A DNA stretch of 63,880 nt, counting the filler, from Choristocarpus tenellus KU-1152 (taxonomy: Eukaryota > Protista > Phaeophyceae), in the NCBI GenBank assembly GCA_964200185.2. It is 11 parts of 11 records of this genome, joined end to end, with 100 filler letters (N's around TTAATTAATTAA, not from the genome) between each part and the next. Parts side by side here need not be neighbours in the genome. Positions count along the whole stretch, not along the records: positions 34,726 to 53,262 come from CAXNAD020000542.1; 10 more parts are not named here. One strand, given 5' to 3'. Below, in pieces: positions 35,016 through 48,800 of this stretch. Below the pieces are notes generated by a model. The model worked only from the letters and a program-made list of their open reading frames with translations. It was not told the origin of the DNA and searched no databases. Made by a program: the position numbers and the translations under genes. Each line of letters opens with the position of its first letter. Position 1 is the stretch's first letter.

Positions 35016-38000
35016 GTTCACTCACACCCAATGGATTGACCAATGGTGTTTGTGTAGTTTGCTGGGAGGGGGGAAGGTAGATGTGTAGGGATTTGCTAGT
35101 ACTTTCATCCTTGTTGAGGGGGATGACTTGTATGTCTCATGGTCAACTTGATTTGAGAGTGGAGAAAAGCTTTTGGTGTTTTAGGTTGAATTTGAGATAC
35201 AGTTTGTTGCCTACCCACGAACTATTAATTCGCTCTTAGCTGCTTGTGCAGAGGTTTAGAGGAGGGCGGTTTGTGGTACCATGGAGAGTAACTCTAGTCT
35301 AGGTACTGTGACTGCAAGAAGAGTTTGGGGCACTCAGGGCACTCTCTATTAGGCTTGGTGCTAAGGTGGCCATTGCTAGGAGCAGTGACTGTTCCTTTGG
35401 AACGAAAGTCATGGAAGAATTTTATGAGTGTGGATCTATACCTACGTGTATTATCCCACTATGGAATGTGGCAAGGTTGAGGATATGTGGTGTGGTTGTG
35501 CCTGCAGGTTGGTGCTGTGGTACAATGGCTTGCCTCTTTGAGATAGTGCCGCCCTTCCTTATCACATTGTGTTATTATTCCCTAAGTTTGTGGTGGTGTT
35601 ACTACTATAGGGTCCCTTTGATGTAGTCTGAGGTCTCATACTTGTTGAACGGTTTGTAGGTGTTGAGGAATGATAAATGAAATGCAGCCAATCTAAGGTA
35701 CAAGTTTGTTTTAGGTCCAATTTGTGAGTTTGATTCAAGTGAGGAGGGGGAGGAAAGATGTCCACTGTATCTCCCAACAAAATGGCACTGGGTTACCGCC
35801 TGATGCTTCTGTAATCTTTCCTGCCACATACAAAATTGCTCAGAAAACCATGAAGGTAACACACTTTATTTGTGTAAATACATCTTAAGTACCTTCACAT
35901 TTCGTTGTGCAGTTCTAAGTTAAACGCTAACAAGTGCACGGCATGGATGCTCAGAAACACGTGTCCAAGCCTAACCAGACCATTATGCCCTCTTCACAGG
36001 CACTCATTGGTATTACAGAAGACATTATCCACCCATCAAAATGTACAGTTTGGAATTATGCGCCGCCTTTCATTCACCACCTTGTCTATACCCTACTAGG
36101 GTGTCATGACAAAAATTCAAATCTCTCTAAAAAAACAGCCTGGAAATCCTACTTCGAAGTGTCATCCATCAGTTCGTCCATCCGTCCATCCATCCATCCA
36201 CCCAGTCTTTCGCCAGTTTTGGATACGACAATCCTTCACAACCCAAAAGACATCCTACAAGAAAAGATGCACTAGTGTGTTACACACTGTCATTTACTAC
36301 CCAGCAACCAGCAAGTGCCCTGTCAGGCACAAAAAAAAGCCTCAAAAATGGAAAACTGGGTTGCAGATGAAAAGTGATTGAACATTTACGCTTGAGCGTC
36401 TCAAACCCATGCCCCTTTGAGACGCACTCAAATACATCCTACAGGATATCCTGCACATGTCATGCTGCATAATGCTTTGACATTGGTTTCAAGTAGGTAG
36501 CTCACAGATGGCGGTAACAGTTCTCACCTCATCAAAGCACAACAGAAAAAACAGGCCAACTCTGCACATGGAACCCTTTGGTCTCCGCTTGTTGTTCCCA
36601 TCCCCAACGTACCCAGTCCTACCTGCAGTCACACCATGATACTTAGATGTGTATGTATGGACAAAGCTTGGTCTTCAATAGGGTTAGGGTCATCCCCGCC
36701 ACTGTTAGTTGATCCTGCTTTCCCCATCTCCCTGCAGGACTCTCTGTGAAAGCTTGGTGTGACAGACTATCCCTTTCCCATCTGTTCCAAGGCAGATATG
36801 CAATTGTCTCGGTTATGCCGAATATTGCGGCAAATATCCGGTGGGAACAGATTTTGTATGCCATCCTTCCTCCAATCCAGTGATGGAAGCCTCCACTTCT
36901 GACCACTGATCTTGACCCTGCAGATATCTATCTTCACCATCCCCATTTCCCACACATAGCACTACCGTTGAATGCAAATGCAGAGCCGTCCCTCAAGCAG
37001 GAGTAGGTCATGAAACAACTGAAGTGAGTTCCTCTAATGCCAGACTCCTTATTGCTACTCCTGTTTATTATTTTTACTATTATAGGCACACATGATCCTG
37101 ACTTTTGTTCAAAGGCATTATGCACTGCTTCAAAGTACTGATTGACTGTTGCACTGTGACTAATTATATCGCCTCTATTTCTGCATTGCTTCTTATGTGT
37201 TGGATTCAGCGCACCCACCACTTGACCCTCCGTCTTCTCCCTCAAATATTCTCCTGGAGCCACCCCAACAGTTTCTCACCCTGATCTTGGTCGGACGATT
37301 TTGTCCCATCCTCATCAGAGTCCTCCTCTCCCCCATCATCTGAATCTGTTCCAGAGTAATCATAGGTTAAGTTGTTTCCACTACTTTGAATCTAATCAAG
37401 ACACCACTTGAACTTGGACCGTTGACATGGATACAACTTTCTTATGGACGACCGTACTGCCCATATCGAAGGCCACAACCTATTTATGGTGCTTTCCCCT
37501 GACCTTGGGGGTCTACCCCACAACTCTTCCGACCCAGGTATCCGCTTTTGATACCTTCTATGACTTCACATGCGGCTAGTTATGCCATGACTACCTTAAC
37601 GTATGCGGCAATGCATGTTTTGGGCATTCTTCCAAATACCTTCATGACATTCATCCTTGACCATGTTATGTCCATTTCTGCTTCTCATAGAGACTCAGAG
37701 TGTATGCTGTCTTCGTTTGAGAGTACTACAGAGCAAAGAAATAAACTTGACCACAACAGTGCACCATCCCTTGTCTTCCTGCGTAGCTTGTGAGTAGAGG
37801 TGGATGCCTAAGAGGCTGCCAGGACACCAAGAAGGAAGATCCCGTCTGAAGACTGTAGGTATCCAGTCATATCAGCAGTGTGTAGCCACGGCTATTCTTA
37901 CTAGAATTGGCGTAAGTAGTGCCAGACACCTACAATTATACCTGGATAATTTGCCTTTTGTCATTCCAATGTTCTCATAACGCTACTATAATAATTATTC

Positions 38001-39761
38001 TACTATGTCTAACAAAGAAGTATTTGTTCTTTTTTGTATAGTAACTTGAAAATAAAACAGACTCCATCCCTCTGTTGTTAATGTCCTCTTCTATATATTT
38101 TCTGACCTCTAACGATTTCTCAAAAGTGTTTCAAGACATGAAATAATATACTAAAATAATCGTTTAAAAATAATGACAAATCCCTCTTCGTAACCCCCCA
38201 GCCTTTCTTTTAAGCAAAGCACCAGCAATAATAGTCTGTCTCAGATATTACAGAAGAAAACGCTTCTGGCAGGGAAGGAAGAGCATAAAATTAGGTTGAA
38301 ACTTTTGAGTCTCCGGCAGGAGGTCTTTGACCTTTTGGTGCTATACATGTTACATGCACTTTGCCTCGTGCACTTTCAACTGAACTGGATCAATGAGAAT
38401 TTTTAGAGCTGATTGAACATGAGTTAAATCGAGAGGCAGGCAGGGTTGCAATTCAGGGGGTTCCGAGAAAGGGTAAAAAGAGGTCATTATGCACAATTGC
38501 AGAGTCTTTCCTGAATCTTGGTGTCACTTTGTATGTGGGAAGGGGGAGTATCAATTTTGCTTACACTATTGAGTGTGTAACGTAACGAAATACAGTATAT
38601 TGCACCAGGTAATGAAATATGACTTAGAATGCGAAAGGGTGCAAACCTGCCTATTTCCCGATTGGTTTGGCTCATATACACCCATAAATGATTTCAATTG
38701 CTAACACTACTCTAAATCAATAGATACAGCTCTCAGGATAAGTTCTGGAACTATGGACGGTGTTGACACAAATCTCGCAGGAGTCATGGAAATACGTGGT
38801 GCCTCGGCAAGAAATGAGGAGAGGGCAAAGCAGGTTACTTGGGCTGGTTGAATACAACTCTGATCTTCCTGTCTTTACAGACGGTAATACACAGGTGCTC
38901 TAAGCGATGCATGAGCAGTGGCACTTTGATCTTGGCAATGAAGGGGGAGTGTTACGCTTCCAATTTCAACCAAGTTTCAGATTTCTTTGCAGATGGTGAG
39001 GACACTCAAATAGGGTTTGTTGAGATTATGGAAAGTGAAGAACATGAAGTAACGAAGCGACACTGGAGTGTTCTCATGACATAATGCTGTACTTAGAGTC
39101 AAAATTCTTTTTAGCAAGTGTTTGATCCCCTAAAGTGAGTTTCGAGCATACCCTCGAACTTGGAAACTCCAACTTATCAATACAAGTGAAACTGAGGCAA
39201 GCACTGGAATGTACATCATCATTGCTTTTACATATAAGCAGCAAAGCATACAACTCAGTGAGGTATGAAAGTACAGTAGTGGGATCAATATGCCTCACAA
39301 TTTAATCTACTCAACCAGTTGGCCTGCATGTGCCACTGTGATTACTCCTACCATATGTACATGACTCACTAGTCATAAGAAGATACAACATGAATTCTAA
39401 AATGTACTTGAAGTCCCCCCTCATCCTCTCCTACACTGTCCGTCACAATTCACAGTAAATTGCATCAGCAGGCACTCCTTCCCCTTACGAGAAGAATGGC
39501 ACTCTGAAATATCACTTTCTGCCCTGTCCCTGCCATATATCATCGATGCTTAAACTAAAATATCTCACCTACAAAGGAAAGGGGGTAAGGAATGGAAGCA
39601 TGATCAACAGGAGTTTAGCACACAGCAATATAAAATTATTTAGGATACAAAGGACGAACACTCTACTTCCCCCTGCCTGAATTGAAACAGGGGCATAGAC
39701 TGAAGGGAGAAATCAATGAACGGTACCATTCTATGCTTAGAATGTATATTCCATCTCTTAC

Positions 39762-39882
39762 CTAGGGAGTTGTTTGTGCAACTTGCAGAGCTTTGTCCAG
39801 ACATGTCATTCTCTAGCATTTTCATCAGTTCCTCAATGTCATTATCTGCTGATGTTGTATTGGATGTTTTAATGTTGTCCAC
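39762..39882 (-). CDS. Probable Zn2Cys6 TF exon, acidic (…DNDIEELMKMLENDM…)
   Basis: cag and gtaaga boundaries; acidic/hydrophobic activation-domain-like segment. Confidence 0.6.
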
Positions 39883-42800
39883 CTGGGGTTAAATAGGTGC
39901 CATGGGTCAAGTCAGCAAATGGAGGCAGCAAGTATTCATGTGGTACTATTCACTATGTTGAAGTTGGCCAAAGGTTATAATTTGATAGATTAGAGGAGTA
40001 TCCCTTCATCTAAGTAGATGTTTGTTTTCCCTGCATAACTGACTACACAAATGCACTCTACCTTCAGAGTCATGCTGCATGAGAACATGTAACCATGCCA
40101 CACATACGGTTAGTGAACAATGGGGGCGCAGGAGGGGCACTACAAGACAAGGTTTTGTACACAACCCACATTAAAACATGAGGAACATTAATGCAATTTT
40201 GTTAGTCAAACATTCATGTGATATTATTGGACTCTTGGTTTGGATACAACTTGACCACAATAGTACACAACTAACCTAAATACACTACCTTTGTGAGTGT
40301 CTTCCTTCTCACAGGTTGGGTTCAGTCATCTCATGACGCATCGACCACACCCTCCATCGGATCTGACAATGACAAACCTTTCAGCCTTGCTATGCAATGA
40401 ACCTACGTTGCCACTTTACCCTTGTTAAATGCATCTGCAGATTATTGTACTGACATTCAGTGTGAAATGCTTGTCTCATGGACAATCAAAACAGTACCCT
40501 TGGAAAAGAAACCTCACTCTAACAAGGGCTCAATCCCATGCATAACCTTGCAGGAGTGTCGACTTTCAATTGTAAGGTCAGAGTGGAAGACCCCCACATA
40601 CAAGTCAATAAGCGGTACTTCATACGCCAAACACGACTCTTACACACTGTAATCTTCTGGAGGGGTCTGGTTGCATTGACCTGCAAAGAGGGATTCATCT
40701 ACAAGGTATGCCCTAGAGTACAAGGAGGGTAATGAAGAAGCAGATGGGGGGATTGTAATGTGATGAAGGAACCAGAGCCTGAGGTTGGACTCACCATCCA
40801 GGAAGCTAAAAAGTAATGTGACCAGGATTAACCAACAAATAAACTGCACACACAGGCCAACTGTTCCCATTGGGTGCCTTTCCATGAGTCTTAGTAGATA
40901 AATTGATGACTGACATCAACAACCACTATGGCATCAACCAGGATATTGACCATTCATTTGAGGGTTTGTGTAAGCAGTCAAAAGGGCTTAAGAGGAAAAA
41001 AGCCCAACAGGTGCTGGCTAAACTTGTCCCCACAAGTCTTATCCTCAACAATATTCTACCAAATGAGCATGATGCATGGATTTGGAATTCGTAGGCATCC
41101 TGGAGGTGGAGTACATGGAGCAGGATATTGCAGATGCAACTGATGTGGGACAAATTTCACACTGCCAATGTTGAGAGGTGACAGTCCTGCCTGAAGCAGA
41201 AAATAGGTCCAATAAATGAAACATCCCCTGCAACTTCAACACAGAGAGTTGGACAGTGGAAACTACATGGGTTGAGCAAAATCTCCAACATGATGACCTC
41301 CCTCCTTCACTGAACCGTCCATCTACAAACCTAGTCCTCCAACACCATTACCTCACCAAAAATACACAAGACACACAGTAGATTCATACCAAGCAAAGGC
41401 TCTCCCCTGAGTTGTACTACATAGTGTATCAGTAAGGTATCAAAAACAATGCCAACACCAACAGTATATAGACGAAAACCTCAAAGCTAAGTCTACAGTC
41501 TTCATCCTATTGCTGATAATGCCAACCTCACGTGAGCACCCACATTGTAATGATTGAACTGTCGACTGACAATGTTTCTGCATCAAAAACGGCAAAAGCA
41601 GTGCTAGAGGATGAGGTATTGGGTGTTGCCCTGGATAACGACATAGTAGAGGACATGGGCCCGAGAGTTGTCCTGAAAGTAGTGATTATAGACGAAATGG
41701 CTTCAGTGTTGCTGTCCTGGTACCTTTTTATTAAGGCAAAAATTGACAGGGTGATCCAGAGCAATGCTACTACAGAAAAAAGCGCTTCATTGTCTGAGAA
41801 GCAACATATTAGTAGTAGTAATGTTAGAACTATCCACAAAAAGGCAAACAAAGCTCTTTAAAAGACAGCCCAACCAGCCAGGATGGCTGACTACATACAG
41901 GAGGACAAGATACTCTCCAATAGTATTCTATAACATAACTTTACCTTCTGGTCAACACCGCTGACTCACCTCTCCAATATCATCAACAGACATAATAGGT
42001 CCTGGACTCTCTTGCAGCTCTACCTCAGCTGCCGCCATCTCCCTAGCAGTACCTTGAGATAGTCTCATCCCCACCCCTGCCCCCAATGCTCTATTTGCGT
42101 CTGTCTCTTCCCCTGCTATTGGTGCCACATCCCATGTTTCCACCCCAGGCTCTAAACTCATGCCAGATATTTGTTGACATCCATTCGGTATAGTGAATGT
42201 CCCACACTGATCCCCTCTGTTACATCGTAGCAATGCTTGGTGCATGGCCTGGGGAAGATACACAAAGTGAGACCTTTTAAGGGGATCAATAATGTGAGGT
42301 GAGGAGAAGTGATGGGTAGAACAGACCGAGAAAGATCTGTGCAAGAAGCATAATCAAAGAGATGGACAGGTTATGTCCAGAACATGTCCACACGATCAAG
42401 GCGGCACAACTGCAGTAAATATCTCCCCATCTCTGCCCTAGGCAACACAGCACTATAATTTTTTACCCTGATTTATATGTACTGCATTGCAACAAATTGT
42501 GTACATTTATCCCACTTATTGAGGTGATGTGAGCTCAAACCCAACCTTTCAGTAAACATTCCTACAGCATTCAGTGTTTTGTTGCACCTGACACTTGAAA
42601 TGAGTGCAGCTATATTCAAACCTTGAGCATACCATCAAGTGTTCACGCAAAACAGAATAGTCTTTGGTTTGTGTTCAGGTCCATTTTCCGTGAGACAGGT
42701 GAAAAATACAAAGAGATAAAGCCACTGCGCAGCAAATCAATGCGCACAACTGTTTTGTGACCATGCAATATTGTCAACTTGGATGCTTGTCTCGAGTGAA

Positions 42801-45800
42801 CCTCAAAGCCAACCTGTGGGACCCCCCCTTAAATGGGTCGCAAATTATGTACCCCAACCACCAACTTGTTTTTGGTGACCATCCAATCAAAAAGAGGGTC
42901 TGTCGTGAACCTTCAACTGCAGCAATGGTAGCAGTAAGTCTAAACGGCAGAGATGTGAAAAAATCGACTGCACATGAAAGATATGAATGAGAAGGCACAT
43001 TCTCTTTTGCTTCTTGAACTTAACATGGGATATGGGAGGTACGGATAATTTTTTTTTTTGTACTACTTTTGACTTCTTGACATGTACATAATTATCACCC
43101 AGCACAAACACTCTGGCCTCACAAAGTTCAGCGTATTTTGTACCTGGCAACCAAAATGGGAGCATTTGCACAATAGGTCAAGCCCGTGCCCATAGGAAGG
43201 GATGGGATCACAACGCCTGCAGAAGAGTGAGTCACATAACACAGTTGGAAATAAAGATGAAAGTAGGCACGAGTGTGGAGGAAAAAGGTGTCTAACTCCA
43301 CGCAAAAGAGAGAAATAAGATGTCCAAGCGAGATCCTGACACGCTGAGATGCCAAGAACAAGGAAGATGCAAGGATATGGAGTAATGTTGGTAGCATATG
43401 GAAAGCAAGGGAGATGGGGTCCAGAGGGAAAGTAGAGAGTGATGTAGGCGGTGACAGGAGGAGAGTGCTGGTGAAATATTTGCTGCACAAAATGCCCCCA
43501 AAAAAGGAATTACCGATAGTTCCAACCAAGCCACTCCAAACAACCTGCACCTAGACCTTAAATTATCCATCACGACTTCAATGATGCTCAAGAAATCCAC
43601 CACTTACATCATTTTGAGGCTGCTAATTTGATTGGCCAGGGTGTTGTATGACTTCTCTAAGTTCGCAGCCTCCAGCAAACCCATCGTCCAGTGATTCCAA
43701 TGATGAGTACCAGGGTTCCTGGAGATAAAAGGCCATGTGCAGATAGTGGCGGGACAGACAAGAGGAAGTCAGGATTGCATGCCCAGCATCAATGCTGATT
43801 AGATATTACTGATATACCTAACTGAAAGTAAGGGCGGACAATGTATGTGAGGGGTGGGGGTGGGCTACCTTGAGAAAGTATTTCAGTAAGACTTTTGGAC
43901 TTGAACAATCTGTGCACCACCATAAGTCGTCTCTAGTCCTATCTACCACCCTCTCCCTCCCATCCCCTACGAGCAATAGTGTACAGTCAGTAACCGCACC
44001 GCATCAACCCTGGGACGGAATCAATGAGCTCCACCATCTGCCACAAACGCCTAAGAGCCTTGTCTGAGTTGCCCTGGCACAGATGCGAGAAGATGCTACA
44101 CTCCAGAACATCTCCTGCCACAACACATCTCTTGGTGGCCTGAGAGGCTAGGAATACGAGAGTGGTGGTAGGTTTGAGGAGTGAGGAGTGAGGGGCAATC
44201 CTGGTTGGAATATGAACCCCCCAAAAAAACAAGTGGGCGGACTAGATTATGCACCATCCCTTCCTTTCAAGGGCATTCTTTTCCTCATCACTACTTTGAA
44301 CTTCACTGTCAAAAGCTCCATCTCTCCATCAACAGAGTACTACACAAAAAGTGGTCCATGCATCGCACAAGAAATGCCCTCTCCCTCCTCTCTACCGTGG
44401 AGGGTCAAGAGTTCCCCAGTAGTGGAGCAACGTCACACTTCTGACTTCTGACAAATGTTTTCCCTCCATAAACCCATCAACACAAGAGGTAGTCATGAAG
44501 CTATCAACTGCAGTAGCAAGAACAAAGCAACACTTCAGTGCACCCGAATAATAGGTGTCCACTTTCTCTCTCTAGCCTCTCTATGATGTACATTCGTTGC
44601 ATCCTCAGGACACTATGTCCTCTGGCATCCACGATTCCTAATGCCCTATTTACCTAATGGCGTTTGGTATGGCACTCAGAAATTCTTGGTTTCGATTTCC
44701 CCTCCCTGGAATCCGAGGGCAGTTGCCTCTGGCAACATGTAGCCGTTCCAAATTATAGACACCTGCATGCGCATCAGAATAAGTACTTAACTTTTGGTCC
44801 ACACAAAGGCCTAATGATACTCATACGGAACAGATCCGATTTGCCCATATCTGACCTTGGAAGGACTGACTCGGCGTGAATCATAAGTGACACCTCCGTG
44901 TAGTTGGCGCGTCGCTGATGCAAATGCAGGTGCTTGATCACAAAAACGAACACATATAAAAACCCCCTTCAGAGCTCACAAACAAAAATAATTTCAATGT
45001 ACGCAAAAAACAAATTCAAACAGTTTACCCCTGACTGGCACAAGAAACAAAACAAATTCAAACAGTTTACCCCTGACTGGCACAAGAAACAATGTTCTCA
45101 ATTAGACTCACATCACCTACACATCAAAGTACTACAGAGGGTTGTGAAAACTGCGGGTTAAATGTCGAGTACACTTGAATCTTGGAAATCTACTAAACTG
45201 GGAGAGATCGTTCAAAGGGGAAGCATGGTGAAAACTATCAATGAGTCCCTTCCTCACCAAGGACAGTCTCCAAAATGTAATCAGCAGTGTCAGCATGAAC
45301 TTTGGCCTCATTCACCACCTTTTCCCATGGTGCACCAGCCACCAAATTGCACATTAGCTGGAAGGATGAGCATGCCACACCCATGGCAAGCTCCATGACA
45401 CGGCAGTACCCCATACTTACTATCTGCTGCAAGTGAAACATCTTCAATATGGATAGCAGAGGTTGGAGGGATGCACTTAGTGTTCACATACAACATGACC
45501 AAAAGTTTAAATGCAGGAAAAAGGTCAAGGATCAAGAAGTATAGCTTTGTTTAGGGTGAAGCACCAGATAGAGGACTGGAACAGAGGTCGTTGAAATGTT
45601 GGTAAGTCAAATCGTTTCAAAGCTTGTTACCCTCAGGAGAATATTCAGAGTGATTGGAGGGGCAAACTTGGAGAGGGGAAAAAAAAGGGCTGTGGTCATT
45701 GAGAAACATCTGTTGGGGGGCAGTGGCGAGGGGATATCGTATGACTCACATTTACAACAGCTAAATCATCCCCACAAGCTTGCTTGAGCAGAGTCATGCC

Positions 45801-48800
45801 CTCACTGTCTATTGACTCGCCAATCTTGTGCATGCCAGTATCATGCGAGGGAAGGAAAAGAGGGAGTTTTGAGCAACAAAGACAGTGGGAAACTAAAACC
45901 CAATCAAAATGAGAGCACAGGAGGTTGGAGTAGTAACTGCCCGACTGTTGAGAAGGCATGAGGAGCCTGCATGGCATCACTACACCGTTTACTGGGCAGT
46001 GACGTTGGCTTGTGGTAGGATAAAAATATTGCAATGACTTGGAAATCTCACCAGCAGAATCCTTGAAAAGAGTATGAAGGCCTGCTACCGTGCAAAAACA
46101 GATAGGAATCATGTGGGGACTACAAACACAGATTTCAAAGGAGGATGTGGCATCTAATACTTTTATAATCTCACTAAGTTCGGTGTCAATTACAAAAAAT
46201 TGTTGAAGAATGATAAATCACTGCATTGCCCTCAATGCGAGTTCAATTGAGATTCAATTGTGTATGATTCCATCGACACATCTGTAAAACCGTTAACCAA
46301 GCCTCACTCTCATACAGATACCTACCTCAGCTGATGCCGTTACAAGTCCCACAACTGAGCATCAACTCCTCCAAACCATAGATTATGGAATACATAAATG
46401 ATAGGTCATTCCACCTCATAGAGAAGTATATCGGAATAAGTTCAGCCCAATGGTACAGATTCTACAGTATTGCAAGCATCTGTAGAGTGGACCTTAGATC
46501 TTTGGCAGTAAAACAACTGAACAACATATACCAGTACAGAGTCAGCAAAAGACAACACTGGCATCACAGCACCAGCAACCAAAACTCTCATGCTTGCCCA
46601 TCTAAAGCTTGGCTTTTCTCACTCACATACACTCCCCTCATGGCGTCCTCCTCCATCCCATTCCCTGTCCCATTTGTGACACCAACTTCTGCCCCCTCCC
46701 CAGATTCCACTGCACCCTTCAAGACTTTTATCACGTCCAAATCACCAGCACCCACAGCACTGCCCTCCACTACCGCAGTTGTCACTCTTGGGGTAGCCTT
46801 TTCTGGTAGTTTCCCATGCACCAAAGAGGTAAAGTCCCTAAGACACCCCTGTATACGTACAGCACTCCCCAGGCCTGGATTTTGCCTTGGCAACACAGAT
46901 GGATTCACTGCCCCCTTTCTTTCATTTCTTCTCTCCCCCACCAATGCATTCGTCCCGGCCCTATTTGATGCTGCAGTGGCCAAATAAGAGTCACTTGTGG
47001 GGGGGACCTCACAAGTGACCCTGACACAACGCACTTCGCCAACAGTAGTAGAGTTTACTCCTCCCATGTCCTGGTTGAGGGGAAGCATGCACTAACTGGT
47101 GGGTGCAGAGATAACCAATATCGATATCTCCTATACCCCAAATGATTACGTAACACTTGTGTAGGTGGTGTTTAGGAGGGATAATCCCCAGCGTTTCCTA
47201 GGTCAATCAACAGGTCAAGATTTTTTTTCATTTAAGGCAGAAAACATTGAGGGGTATCTACTAGTCTTGAAAAAACAGATCTCAGGGCAAACACCTTAGA
47301 TTCCTTGGATCACGAGTTTACCAATGCAAACATCTTCAAACGGTGTTGGAGAGGGGGAATCATGGATGTTACACAGTTAACATTAATCTAGCAGAATCTT
47401 GAAAATAGAAAAGAGAATATTGAACCTCAACATTTCTTAACTCCAGGGGAAGGATTGAGCAAAAAGTCTGGGTCCGTAGGGAGAATGTCTGGTGTTCCTA
47501 CTCCCCTCCTGTAGGGTGCACAATGCCACATTAGTGGTGCGCCATGAATACTTTTGAATATGTTGGTGGGTAGTTTGGATTGATTAGGACAAAGACAATG
47601 CTTCGGGCCTTGCCTCCCACCCTGGTGGATGCAAGGAAGAGGAACACATTTTGCCCTTACCGCATTGTGAGGCAGTTCTATTTCTGTGACGAAAACATAG
47701 TGTCCAATGGCCTTGAAAATCTCAAGCTGGAACTTCATCTCCCCAGATAAATGCTATTAAAAAAAAGCGGTAAGGAACAAAGGGGGAAACACAGACAAGA
47801 ATAGGGGACCAGGTTTGGTAAATAAGGTATACATACATACTAACTATATGTGCACCTTCTTGTTTGGACATAGGGTGTGGTGGTGGCGTATCCCAAGGTG
47901 GTGGAAACTTTTGCAAGAGTGCACGAGTATATGATAGGCCTCGAATAGAGTAGCAAGCTGTGAGGAGTCACCACAACCCTAACCCTTTTTGTACATGAAC
48001 CCTACAATGCAGAGTGTGTGATGGAATATAAGGGAATTCAATATGGATAAATATTCTGGAACACTCTCCACTCTTCTTGGAAATGTGCTTGGCGAGTTCA
48101 GAGGAGGGGTTAGAGAGCTCAATACGAAGTGTTATCGAACAACTCAAGAGCAAGTACTAGATAGGACTGGGTGAGGGTTTCAATATCAGCTGCGAAATTC
48201 GTGCAACACTTTGCAACATATTGCAGAAGGGTGGTAATACGATAGTGCTGATTGCCAAGGGGTATGGCCTAGGAGGAGAATTTTGATACTGCAGTGACTT
48301 CACAAAATGACAAGGTAGAAGTAGTGCGATTCCTTGACAACTTCGAAAGGCAATCACTGCAAGTGAAGTCCAGTGGATATTCATGTTCAATTGGTCATCA
48401 TACGCAGGTTGTAAGGGCCTAAATTTTAGGACACACACCTTAGCTCAACACTCTATACAACACACAGAGGTGCTTTCAAATATGGAGGAAGGTGCCCAAC
48501 ATCAGAGCGGCATAGCCATAGTAACATAACACAGCCGAAGAATATAAGTTAGAGGATCTGTTTGGAATAAATATCTGACACTCACAGGTGAGGAGTGGAA
48601 GAGAGGGGAGAGGTTGAAAAAGGTGCTGAAAAAAAGCACGCAATGTACTGAGTATATGACAACTGACACTTGGGCAGGGAAAGGGAAGAAGTTCATCTCG
48701 TGTGCCCCTGTGCCAATAGTCATCCACTGGCTTACACAGATTCATTTCACCTCTACTATCACTCAAGGCAAACCGGATTAATATGGTTACAAAAGGGCAG

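Noticed and set aside
46385-46987. 200-aa plus-strand ORF (also 50003-50464)
   Set aside because: Antisense shadows of minus-strand exons of the Zn2Cys6 gene.
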